Below, piece after piece: positions 1 to 8,544 of a stretch of 33,687 nt of DNA. This stretch comes from an uncultured Enterobacteriaceae bacterium (GTDB lineage: Bacteria > Pseudomonadota > Gammaproteobacteria > Eutrophobiales > Eutrophobiaceae): the NCBI GenBank assembly GCA_964640355.1, contig CAZXGW010000002.1, forward strand, positions 5,161 through 38,847, read 5' to 3'. Under the pieces are notes generated by a model that was not told the DNA's origin, did not search any database, and worked only from the letters and a program-made list of their open reading frames with translations. Each line of letters begins with the position of its first letter. Position 1 is the first letter of the stretch. Made by a program: the position numbers and the translations under genes.

Positions 1-80
1 CGGTGCGTGGCGGGCCAAGGGGTGCGTGAAACCACCGTTCATTCTTTACCCTGTCTCGTTGATTGGGATAAGCTGTAGGC

Positions 81-854
81 ATGTTGATTCGGCTGCTGGT
101 TCTGATCCTGCTGGCCGGGATCTCCTCCTGTACCTTTTTTCAGGACAAGGGTGACCCGACCGAAACCTGGTCGGCGGAACGGCTCTATGCTGAAGCCAAG
201 GGTGCGCTGGATTCCGGCAATTACAGCAAGGCGGTGGAGTACTACGAAAAGCTCGAAGGGCGTTTTCCGTTCGGCGTCTACGGGCAGCAGGCGTTGCTTG
301 ATCTGGCCTATGCCTATTACAAGAACGACAGCACGGATGCCTCCATCTCCGCGGCCGACCGCTTTATCAAACTGTACCCGCAGAATGCCCACGTGGATTA
401 TGCGTATTACCTCAAGGGGCTTGCCAATTTCAACCGCGGCAAGGGCTTCGTCGAGCGTTACCTGCCGATCGATACTTCGCAGCGCGATCCGGGATCTGCC
501 CTGACCGCCTTTCAGGATTTTTCCGAACTTCTGAGGCTGTTTCCGGACAGCCAGTATGCCGAGGATGCGCGGCAGCGGATGGTCTATCTCCGCAATCTCC
601 TGGCCGAGCATGAAATCAACGTCGCCAATTACTATATGCGCCGCGGCGCTTTTGTCGCCGCCGTGAACCGGGCCCGCTACGTCATCGAGAAATACCCGCG
701 CACGCCTTCGGTACCCGACGCCCTGGTGGTGATGGCGAAGGCCTACAGGATTATGGAGATGGATGATCTCTCCCGGGACGCCCTGCGGGTGCTGGAGCTG
801 AATTACCCGAATCATCCCGGGTTGTACGAAGTGCGGGAGATAGTGGTCAAATAA
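81..854 (+). CDS. bamD: Outer membrane protein assembly factor BamD (lipoprotein)
   Basis: 257-aa ORF. It has a signal peptide ending in a lipobox (LLAGISS-C) and TPR-like helical repeats. The overall sequence pattern is typical of BamD/YfiO (YYEKLEGRFPFG, YQAEDARQRMVYLRN). Confidence 0.9.
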   Translation: MLIRLLVLILLAGISSCTFFQDKGDPTETWSAERLYAEAKGALDSGNYSKAVEYYEKLEGRFPFGVYGQQALLDLAYAYYKNDSTDASISAADRFIKLYPQNAHVDYAYYLKGLANFNRGKGFVERYLPIDTSQRDPGSALTAFQDFSELLRLFPDSQYAEDARQRMVYLRNLLAEHEINVANYYMRRGAFVAAVNRARYVIEKYPRTPSVPDALVVMAKAYRIMEMDDLSRDALRVLELNYPNHPGLYEVREIVVK

Positions 855-887
855 TCCGCGCACGGGTCCCGGCGGGTATCACCCGGC

Positions 888-2519
888 CTATTCCCGGTAG
901 CCCGAGGTAATCGGATAACGGCGGTCGCGGCCGAACGCGCGCTGGGTCACCCGCACACCGGGCGCCGCCTGGCGGCGCTTGTATTCATTGCGATCCACCA
1001 TGTTCACGACCTTGCGGACGGTATCCCCGTCGAAACCGGCCTTGATGATTTCCTCCGGGCTCTGGTCTTGCTCGATGTAGCGTTCGAGTATGGGATCCAG
1101 GATGTCGTAATCCGGCAGTGAATCCTGGTCGGTCTGGTCCTTGCGCAGTTCCGCGCTGGGCGGTCGGGTGAAAACCCGTTCCGGGATGACCATAGACTGG
1201 CGGTTGCGGTAGGCGGCGAGTTTGTAGACCAGCGTCTTGGAAATGTCCTTCAGCGGCGCGAAGCCGCCGGCCATGTCGCCGTACAGGGTGGCGTAACCCA
1301 CGGCCATCTCGCTTTTATTGCCGGTAGCGAGCACGAGTTTGCCCGTTTTATTGGACACCGCCATCAGCAGGATGCCACGGCACCGGGCCTGGATATTTTC
1401 CTCCGTCATGTCCTCGGGAAGGCCGGCGAACAGATCCCGCAGGCTTTCGAGGAACGAAGCGAAGGTTTTTTCTATGGGTATGATGTGGTACCTGATGCCG
1501 AGGTTTTCCGACAGGGTCCGTGCGTCATCCGTGCTCATCGCGGCGGTGTAGCGCGAGGGCATGAGCAGCGCTTCCACGTTTTCACGGCCAAGGGCGTCGA
1601 CGGCTATGCACAGGGCCAGCGCCGAGTCAATTCCGCCGGACAGGCCGATGACCGCGCCCCTGAAATTATTCTTGGCGGCATAATCCTGAACGCCCAGGAC
1701 AAGCGCCCGGTAGATGCTTTCTTCCCTGGATAATTCCCTGAAACCGGTAGCTGCCGTTTTGAAAGATCCGCCCTGATCGGTCAATGAGAAATCCGTGACA
1801 TACAGTCCTTCCGTGAACTGTGGGACACGGAACTGGACATCACCCCTGTTGTTGACGGCCATCGAGCCGCCGTCGAAGACGAGTTCATCCTGGCCTCCGA
1901 CCAGGTTGACGTACACGATGTTCAGCCCCGATTCCCCGGCGCGGGTCCGCAGTATGTTTTCCCGCAAGGCGGGTTTGTCAATGTGATACGGGGAGGCATT
2001 GATGTTCAGCATCAGTTTTGCTCCCGCCTCCGCGGCCTGCAGACAGGGCCCCGGTACCCAGAGATCCTCGCAGATGGTCAGTGCGGCCGGTATACCGTTC
2101 AGGTCAAATACGCACGTTTCCCTGCCGGCCGCAAAATAGCGTTTTTCGTCAAACACGGAATAGTTGGGCAGATTCTGCTTGCGGTATACCGCTTTTATAT
2201 TCCGGTCCCGGATGAAACAGCAGCTGTTGAACAGCCCCCCCGCGGTTTTTTCCGGATAACCGATGATGCAGTCAATACCCTTTGCCGCGTCCAGGATGCG
2301 ATCGAGGGCGAGTTTCACCTGTTTGTGGAACGCCGGCCTCAGCAGGAGATCCTCGGGCGGGTAGCTGCTGACGGAAAGTTCGGGGAATACCACGACATCG
2401 GCTTCAAGTTTGTCGCGCGCCTCGGCTATTTTTGAAATTATCAGGTCGGCATTCGCGGAAACATCACCCACCCGGGTATTGATCTGGGCAAGGGCGAAAC
2501 AAACGGTCTTGTCAGTCAT
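888..2519 (-). CDS. nadE: Glutamine-dependent NAD+ synthetase
   Basis: 543-aa ORF. The N-terminal half is a CN-hydrolase/glutaminase domain (VVVFPELSVSSYPPEDL, LTICEDLW). The C-terminal half is an NAD synthetase domain with a PP-loop (GLSGGIDSAL). Confidence 0.92.
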   Translation of the reverse strand: MTDKTVCFALAQINTRVGDVSANADLIISKIAEARDKLEADVVVFPELSVSSYPPEDLLLRPAFHKQVKLALDRILDAAKGIDCIIGYPEKTAGGLFNSCCFIRDRNIKAVYRKQNLPNYSVFDEKRYFAAGRETCVFDLNGIPAALTICEDLWVPGPCLQAAEAGAKLMLNINASPYHIDKPALRENILRTRAGESGLNIVYVNLVGGQDELVFDGGSMAVNNRGDVQFRVPQFTEGLYVTDFSLTDQGGSFKTAATGFRELSREESIYRALVLGVQDYAAKNNFRGAVIGLSGGIDSALALCIAVDALGRENVEALLMPSRYTAAMSTDDARTLSENLGIRYHIIPIEKTFASFLESLRDLFAGLPEDMTEENIQARCRGILLMAVSNKTGKLVLATGNKSEMAVGYATLYGDMAGGFAPLKDISKTLVYKLAAYRNRQSMVIPERVFTRPPSAELRKDQTDQDSLPDYDILDPILERYIEQDQSPEEIIKAGFDGDTVRKVVNMVDRNEYKRRQAAPGVRVTQRAFGRDRRYPITSGYRE

Positions 2520-2577
2520 CTTTATATGTTAACCTTGAAGCGCGTGTTCATAAAACTGAAGATTTGCATCGTCCTTC

Positions 2578-4293
2578 ATGGAAAAGAATTACCGCGGCAG
2601 GCTGATCGACGGATGTCTGGTTTTGCTCGTCCTGCTGCTGAATCCTCTGAACTCAACGTTTATTTTCGACACGAAATCCAGCCTGCCTGACACCTTCGCC
2701 TACATCGCACAGGCGCAGAACCTGCTGGACAACATGCAGTTTCATACCGGTCCGTGGGGTCACGTGGACACCGCGCTCATTCTGCCGCCGCTGTATCCGC
2801 TGCTTGTCGCCATGGTGATGGCAACCGGCATGGAAGGACTCGAGTCGGCGCTATCGATCAGCCGGTTTTCAGGATACCTGTTTTCCCTCGCCGCTTTTGC
2901 CTACCTCAGGGCATTTACCGGTCCCTGGCTCGCGGCGGTTTCCGTGCTGGCCATACAGTTGACTTACGTTTATTTCAATTTCGCCACGCTGGCATTGACG
3001 GAACCGCTGTTTCTTGCCCTGATGATGGCGACGTTGCTGCTGGTTTCCCGTTACCTCGCCGATCCCGCCGGCACGGGATCCCTCCGGCCGGTTGCACTCG
3101 GTGTCGCCTGCAGCCTGGTTTTTCTCTGCCGGGAGGCCGGTATAACCGTTCTGTTGCTGGTGCTGATCCTCGTGGCGGTGGCGCAGCGGCGTGACGCGAT
3201 CACCAGGGCCTCCGCCCTGGCCAGGCCCTTAGCCCTGGTGGTCCTCGGGTTCAGCGCATTGACGGTTCCGTATTACGCGATACGCGGCATCCAGACCGGC
3301 GCCGATCCGCTCGCGCGCAGCTTCAGGCTGGGACACTACACGGTCGTGGCCTCCGATCCCGCGATCAGGGAACGGGCCGGGTCCATGAAAAGAGGGCCCG
3401 GCGCCACTTACGCCGATATCTATAGTCAGCGGCGCAGTGAACTGGAACTCCTGCCGGATGGATCCGAGATGCTGAGGTTCGTATTTTTCGCCGAGGGCGG
3501 ACACAAGCGGCAGGACATTTACGGTAACATCATCTCCGCCATCGCTTCACCGGGGAAATATGTAAAGCAGGTTTCCGGCAAGGTGCAACTGCTCGGGCGC
3601 AATGCGGGTTTCGGCATCCTGCTGCTGTTTATCATCACGGCCGCCACGTCCTTTTTGCTTCCCCTCAAAGGCTTCCCCCGGAGGCTCAGGATCATCATCC
3701 CGCTCCACGTCATCCTGTACATCCTTCTTCTGGCACTCTTCGCAAGCCAGATCACCCGTTATTTGGCGGTCATTGTGCCCCTTGTCCTTATCCACATCTG
3801 CCTCGAACTTCACCTGTTGCTACGTTCCTGCCGTTGGCCGGCGCCGTCAGGCGACAGGGTTCCCGCCGGCATCGTGCTGGTTTTGTTTCCGCTTATCGTC
3901 CTGGCCGGCAGCCCGGCCCTGTTCCATGCAAAACAAATCTATCCGCGCGACCCCTTGCGCGTGGAGAGGCTGGAGGAATTGCGCGGGAAGATCGGGGGGG
4001 CGCCTGTCTTTGCCCAGTTTCCGGTGTTTGCCCATGCGGCCGGCGGGTCGTTTCGCCAGTTGCCGAACGACGGCCTGGATAAAATCGCCCGTTACGCCGA
4101 AAAAACCGGCGTCCGCTGGCTGCTGGTGGTCGACATCCCGGAGGAAAGGGCGGTCATGAAATTCTGGACAAACGCCTATGAGTGGTTGATATTGAAAGAC
4201 CTGCAATCCCGTTATCCGGATGTCGTTGAATACTGTTGTGGCTGGCACGTTGATGAGAACGGCCATGATTGGAGATTGTATTCATTCAAATAA
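2578..4293 (+). CDS. Polytopic membrane protein, GT-C fold glycosyltransferase-like (ArnT/PMT family 39/83-like)
   Basis: 571-aa ORF with many hydrophobic helices. An acidic motif follows the first TM (LPDTFAYIAQAQNLL), as in the ArnT/PMT first-loop motif. The C-terminal domain of about 100 aa looks soluble. Family assignment is by architecture only. Confidence 0.6.
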   Translation: MEKNYRGRLIDGCLVLLVLLLNPLNSTFIFDTKSSLPDTFAYIAQAQNLLDNMQFHTGPWGHVDTALILPPLYPLLVAMVMATGMEGLESALSISRFSGYLFSLAAFAYLRAFTGPWLAAVSVLAIQLTYVYFNFATLALTEPLFLALMMATLLLVSRYLADPAGTGSLRPVALGVACSLVFLCREAGITVLLLVLILVAVAQRRDAITRASALARPLALVVLGFSALTVPYYAIRGIQTGADPLARSFRLGHYTVVASDPAIRERAGSMKRGPGATYADIYSQRRSELELLPDGSEMLRFVFFAEGGHKRQDIYGNIISAIASPGKYVKQVSGKVQLLGRNAGFGILLLFIITAATSFLLPLKGFPRRLRIIIPLHVILYILLLALFASQITRYLAVIVPLVLIHICLELHLLLRSCRWPAPSGDRVPAGIVLVLFPLIVLAGSPALFHAKQIYPRDPLRVERLEELRGKIGGAPVFAQFPVFAHAAGGSFRQLPNDGLDKIARYAEKTGVRWLLVVDIPEERAVMKFWTNAYEWLILKDLQSRYPDVVEYCCGWHVDENGHDWRLYSFK

Positions 4294-4355
4294 TCACATT
4301 GAACGAATACTCCGTACATGCACTTTACCAGCCGTTGAAACACCGGAGCCGCCTA

Positions 4356-4377
4356 CCCGATTAATTGATCGGGTTTT
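4356..4377 (+). terminator. Rho-independent terminator candidate for the GT-C gene
   Basis: Stem CCCGAT/ATCGGG with a 6-nt loop, followed by TTTTGAATTT on the + strand. It overlaps the stop codon of the convergent 996-aa gene. Confidence 0.45.
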
Positions 4378-7351
4378 GAATTTCCGGATGGTTGTAAACC
4401 GCCAGGCTGTGAAGAATCTGGAGGCCGAGCGGGATTTCCTCGCTGCCGTATAACGGGCCGGAAAGTTGCGTCCAGAGCTTTTGGGCGGCAGGGTAGTCCT
4501 GCATGTGCACGAGTGCGAGAAGCAGGGAGGCAAACAGGAAACGCTGCTTGGGGAGTTCCCACAGGTTTCTCTGTTTCAGCAGTTCGAGCGACGTGTCCGC
4601 GATTTTCACGGCATCGCGTCTGGCGAGGGCGCCGATCAGATCCAGCCAGCGCCGCTGGTTGTCCTCCAGTCCGGGCTCGCACACAGGCGACACCGCATCC
4701 AGTATCCCGTTCATTTCCCCCGGCGATAGAAACGGCAGGGTGGCCCGCATCAGGCTGTAGAGTTCATCGATCCACAACCCGGGATAGTTCTCGGCTGTGC
4801 AGCTTTCGGCAAGGCCGGCCAGCAGTTTAAGCCTGCCGAATTCGGGATTCGGCGCGTTTCCGTCATAGTCATTTTTCAGGAAATCGACTATCAGCCTGGC
4901 CTGGTGTGAAAGTTCACTGATGCTGAAAAGCTGGCCTTCGGCGGCCCCGGTAACCCCGGCGTATTCATACCCGGGAACGAGCATGTTAATCAGCGGGATG
5001 GGTTCTATCCTGATTCTTGTGAAACCGGAGGCGTCCTCGTTGAGGAAGCGGGCACGCTGGGCATTCAGGTCGAGGATGGGGAAATAATCCGAATTTTTTG
5101 CGGGTTTGTAGATTGCCAGTAAGGGGCCGAGCAATTGCGCATTTCCGATGAACCTGAGTCGTATATCTTCTATCGCGTGCATTTTTATGTGACGTAGTTC
5201 TTCCCTCATCTCCGCGTTGTCGAAGATCACGCCATCGGGCAAGCCCACCGGGCTGTTATTCCCGGCGATGATAATCATGTCGCCATCGTGGGTCGCGAAC
5301 AGCGAGTAATCCGAAAAACTGTCGTTCAGCGCCCGAAGGACGGACATGACCAGCGTCATGTTGATCTCGTAGGTGTGCAGCCATTGCACGAACAGGCCGT
5401 CATGTTCCAGGTAATCCGAGACGTGATCGTAGAATTCATGGGTAAACAGGCTGGAGACGCCGCTGACCCAGGGATTGGAAGGTTCGGACAGGATGATGTC
5501 GTATTTCCTCCGGTGCGTGGAAAAAAAGGTCCTGGCGTCCTCGATGTGTATATGGCTGCGCGGATCCGTAAAGGCGCGTTCAACGCGGGGTCGGAAAAAA
5601 TTGGCACCCTCGACCATGGCGGGTTCAATTTCAATGGTATCGACGCGTTCTATCGCCGGCCAGGCCAAAAGTGTATGCGTGGTCTGGCCGGAACCCATGC
5701 CGATATTGGCCACTATTTTCGCGTCCGGCTTGATGGCGAGCGGAATCGCGGCCAGGAGCACCATGGTCGGTTCGTCCGGCGCCAGGCTGTCCGGATGCCG
5801 TATGTTGATGGACGCGTCCGGTTTGCCGTTCGTCGAGATCACGGTCATCCCGTCCGGATTCTGAATGACATGGATGGAAGAAGTGGCCCCGTCTCTCTGA
5901 AACAAAATCCGGGTTTCTTCGCCCAGTTGCGCTGTTCCTGTCCGGTAAACGCTCGAGGTCATGCGCCGTGGATCGAGTTCGAAATGAAAAAGCGCGGCGG
6001 TGACGGTGAGTACACATATCCCCGCGGCGGCAATCATGGCGTGACGCGCCGGTGACCGCTGCCGGGCGAGAAAAACCAGTCCCAGTGCCATGTCCAGGCT
6101 GCCGCCGACGATCATGGCGCCTTTGAGCCCAAGAAACGGCAGGCCTACAAGCACGGTAAAGATCACGCCCGCGATTGCACCCAGCGTGTTGCAGGCATAC
6201 ACCTGGCCGATGCCTCTTTCGCCCTCGCCGCGCAGCAGCAGGATGAGCGTAAAGAGCGGCAGGGTCATGCCGGCGCAGAACGTGGCCGGCAGCATGACCA
6301 GGAGGGCGATCGCATGGCTGGCCAGGGCGTACAGGTAATACCCTGAGGGCGTGCGGTTCAGGGCCGCCATGAAAAATCCCATCAGGTCGAAGGTGTAATT
6401 GAACAATGCCAGTGTCGAAAGCGCCAGGATTCCCATCAGGATCTGGATGACACCCGCTGCCCGTACGGGATCGGCCAGCCGGTCGATGTGTTTTCGTATC
6501 CACAGGCCGCCGAAAGCAATACCGGTGATGAAGGCGCTCAGCATGAGTTCGAAGGAATGGGTGCTGGCGCCAAGCACCATGCTGAGCATGCGCAGCCAGG
6601 CGATCTCGTAGATAAATGACGCCAGGCCGGTAACAAACGCAGCGAAGAGCATGAGCTGCTGGAGGGATCGGTTCAATGATGGCTTGGGCAGGGGAAGTGC
6701 CGAGCTTCTTTTGGCCAGGGCATAGACGATTATGGCAATGAGAATGTTGAGCATGGCTGCTGCAAGCATCGTCCCCGGCAGACCGGCAGCCGCAATCAGC
6801 ACGAACCCGCTGATGAGGGCGCCGACCGCGGCGCCGATGCTGTTCGTGAAGTAAAGCAGGGCGAGGGAATGGCCCTCGTTGCGGGGAGACAGGCGTATGA
6901 GACCGTTGCTCATGAGTGGAAACGTCATGCCAAGCAGGAAAGACTGCGGGAGGATCAGCAGGCCGGCGACTGACCATTTATAGAAATTGGCGAGCAGTGG
7001 CGAACCCAGGACCGGCAAAACGATGTCGTAGGAAATGGACAGGACCGACTGAAAAACCGGGTGAAAGACGAGGCCGAACAGGCCGATCAATCCTTCCACC
7101 AGTGCATAGATCACCAGCAGGTTGTTCCAGCGCCGGGCCCGCTGGCTGGCATACCAGGCGCCCAGCGCCATGCCGCCCATGAATATGGAGAGGACGAGGG
7201 CCTGGGCGTAGGCGGCGTGGCCGAGAAAGAGTTTGAGATAATGCGACCAGATCGTTTCGTAGATCAGGCCGGTAAAGCCCGATACGGAAAAGAGTGTGAA
7301 ATACAGGTAACGCGCGTTTTGCGGTGATATGAAAGGCACGCTGAATGGCAA
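4361..7351 (-). CDS. Fused polytopic membrane domain / spermidine synthase-like (aminopropyltransferase fold) protein with an unknown C-terminal domain of about 300 aa
   Basis: 996-aa ORF. The N-terminal region of about 440 aa is rich in TM helices. The central class-I Rossmann region has NIGMGSGQT and DIILSEPSNPWVSGVSSLFTHEFY motifs typical of the fused MFS/spermidine-synthase family. The C-terminal helical region has no motif I recognise. Confidence 0.8.
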   Translation of the reverse strand: MPFSVPFISPQNARYLYFTLFSVSGFTGLIYETIWSHYLKLFLGHAAYAQALVLSIFMGGMALGAWYASQRARRWNNLLVIYALVEGLIGLFGLVFHPVFQSVLSISYDIVLPVLGSPLLANFYKWSVAGLLILPQSFLLGMTFPLMSNGLIRLSPRNEGHSLALLYFTNSIGAAVGALISGFVLIAAAGLPGTMLAAAMLNILIAIIVYALAKRSSALPLPKPSLNRSLQQLMLFAAFVTGLASFIYEIAWLRMLSMVLGASTHSFELMLSAFITGIAFGGLWIRKHIDRLADPVRAAGVIQILMGILALSTLALFNYTFDLMGFFMAALNRTPSGYYLYALASHAIALLVMLPATFCAGMTLPLFTLILLLRGEGERGIGQVYACNTLGAIAGVIFTVLVGLPFLGLKGAMIVGGSLDMALGLVFLARQRSPARHAMIAAAGICVLTVTAALFHFELDPRRMTSSVYRTGTAQLGEETRILFQRDGATSSIHVIQNPDGMTVISTNGKPDASINIRHPDSLAPDEPTMVLLAAIPLAIKPDAKIVANIGMGSGQTTHTLLAWPAIERVDTIEIEPAMVEGANFFRPRVERAFTDPRSHIHIEDARTFFSTHRRKYDIILSEPSNPWVSGVSSLFTHEFYDHVSDYLEHDGLFVQWLHTYEINMTLVMSVLRALNDSFSDYSLFATHDGDMIIIAGNNSPVGLPDGVIFDNAEMREELRHIKMHAIEDIRLRFIGNAQLLGPLLAIYKPAKNSDYFPILDLNAQRARFLNEDASGFTRIRIEPIPLINMLVPGYEYAGVTGAAEGQLFSISELSHQARLIVDFLKNDYDGNAPNPEFGRLKLLAGLAESCTAENYPGLWIDELYSLMRATLPFLSPGEMNGILDAVSPVCEPGLEDNQRRWLDLIGALARRDAVKIADTSLELLKQRNLWELPKQRFLFASLLLALVHMQDYPAAQKLWTQLSGPLYGSEEIPLGLQILHSLAVYNHPEIQNPIN

Positions 7352-7403
7352 ATTTGATACCGGTGACCCGGCTGTCTCAGTGTTTGACCTTGGTATGCCG
7401 GCC

Positions 7404-7593
7404 TTAGTGTGGTGCCCCGCGACTATCTTTCAATAATCATGCTGCCGGGTCGTCCTCTGGAAGACACGCCTTGAAGTCATCCGTGTAGGCTCGGCTGCCG
7501 CTGTCCCTGCGGCACACGGTGTTCCGGAGGACGACCCGGCAGGCCGGAAATTCGAAAGTTGTTTATGGGACAGGATACTGGCGCTGTCCTTTT
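7404..7593. repeat. Structured intergenic repeat, copy A
   Basis: The 70-nt core (7457-7526) matches 31658-31727 at about 64 of 70 positions by manual alignment. It is enclosed by a 21-bp stem (7442-7462 with 7522-7542). Shared flanks are TAGTGTGGTG on the left and GGGACA..TACTGG on the right. The core contains GTAG followed by a TGCCGC/GCGGCA hairpin. It ends in a GGACAG/CTGTCC hairpin plus TTTT (7568-7593). Confidence 0.65.
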
Positions 7594-7622
7594 CCAGGCA
7601 ATTGTTTCCTTCGGGTGTCTTT

Positions 7623-8492
7623 TCAGAGCAATTTGGCGATGGCCGCGCCCATTTCGGCGGGTGATGGCACGGTGGTGATACCGGCCGTTTCGAGGGCCGC
7701 GAACTTGTCCCTGGCCGTCCCTTTTCCGCCGGATATTATCGCCCCGGCATGACCCATACGTTTGCCCGGTGGCGCGGTCACGCCGGCGATGTAGCCTACG
7801 ACCGGTTTCCCGACATTTGATTTTATGAATCCCGCGGCCTCTTCTTCCGCGGTTCCGCCGATTTCGCCGACCATGATGATGCCTTTGGTGGCCGGATCGT
7901 TTTCAAACAGGGCGAGGCAGTCGATGAAATTCATGCCGTGGATCGGGTCGCCGCCAATGCCCACGCAGGTACTCTGGCCCAGACCGCTCAGGGTGGTCTG
8001 GTGGACGGCTTCATAGGTCAGGGTCCCGGAACGGGAAACTATGCCAACGGACCCCGGCTTGTGGATGTTCCCGGGCATGATCCCGATCTTGCACTGGCCG
8101 GGCGTGATGATGCCCGGGCAGTTTGGTCCAATCAGGAACGTATCCGGATGTCGCTCCAGGTAGGCCCGGACTTTCAGCATATCCAGCACCGGGATGCCCT
8201 CCGTGATGCAAACGATAATCCGGATGCCCGCGTCCGCGGCTTCGGTAATGGATTCTGCGGCGAAGGCGGCGGGCACCATGATCATGGTGGCATCCGCACC
8301 GGTTTCGCCGACGGCATCGTGGACGGTGTTGAATACCGGCAGGCCGAGGTGTTTTTCACCGCCGCGTCCCGGCGTCACTCCCCCCACGACCCGTGTTCCG
8401 TAGTCAATGGCCTGCTGGGCGTGGAAGGATCCCTGCCTCCCGGTGAACCCCTGCACGATCACTCTGGTGTTTTTATCAACAAGTATGCTCAT
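7623..8492 (-). CDS. sucD: Succinyl-CoA synthetase subunit alpha
   Basis: Start trimmed from the ORF-track start (8600) to the ATG at 8492, which gives the canonical [19 protein letters not shown]-terminus. Conserved GHAGAI active-site His region. 289 aa. Confidence 0.93.
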   Translation of the reverse strand: MSILVDKNTRVIVQGFTGRQGSFHAQQAIDYGTRVVGGVTPGRGGEKHLGLPVFNTVHDAVGETGADATMIMVPAAFAAESITEAADAGIRIIVCITEGIPVLDMLKVRAYLERHPDTFLIGPNCPGIITPGQCKIGIMPGNIHKPGSVGIVSRSGTLTYEAVHQTTLSGLGQSTCVGIGGDPIHGMNFIDCLALFENDPATKGIIMVGEIGGTAEEEAAGFIKSNVGKPVVGYIAGVTAPPGKRMGHAGAIISGGKGTARDKFAALETAGITTVPSPAEMGAAIAKLL

Positions 8493-8544
8493 CAGGACAG
8501 AGCCTACCGGTGAACCGGGAAACCAGAATTTATCAGGATGGCCG

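Noticed and set aside
1-42. Possible start of a minus-strand gene running off the left edge (ATG at 42-40), perhaps the rluD-like gene usually divergent from bamD
   Set aside because: Only 14 codons are visible and they show no recognisable motif. It cannot be supported from this window.
39-863. 274-aa ORF antisense to bamD
   Set aside because: It overlaps the well-supported bamD frame completely. Its composition is Arg/Gly/His/Pro-rich and it has no motifs, which is typical of a GC-rich shadow ORF.
855-887. Possible bidirectional terminator between the convergent bamD and nadE genes (CGGGT-ATC-ACCCG)
   Set aside because: The stem is only about 5 bp, extendable to 7 with a bulge, and there is no T-tract on either strand. 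It is too weak to call.
5631-6977. 448-aa ORF on the minus strand inside the 996-aa gene (other frame)
   Set aside because: It is extremely Arg/Pro/His/Gly-rich, with no hydrophobic core and no motifs. The overlapping frame carries clear TM and spermidine-synthase motifs.
7621-7640. Extra similarity TTTCAGAG..GCGAT between the right flank of repeat copy A and 31790-31810 near copy B
   Set aside because: In copy A this stretch is the 3-prime coding end and stop of sucD. The spacing to the core differs by about 34 nt between the copies. It is probably coincidence, so it is not included in the element.
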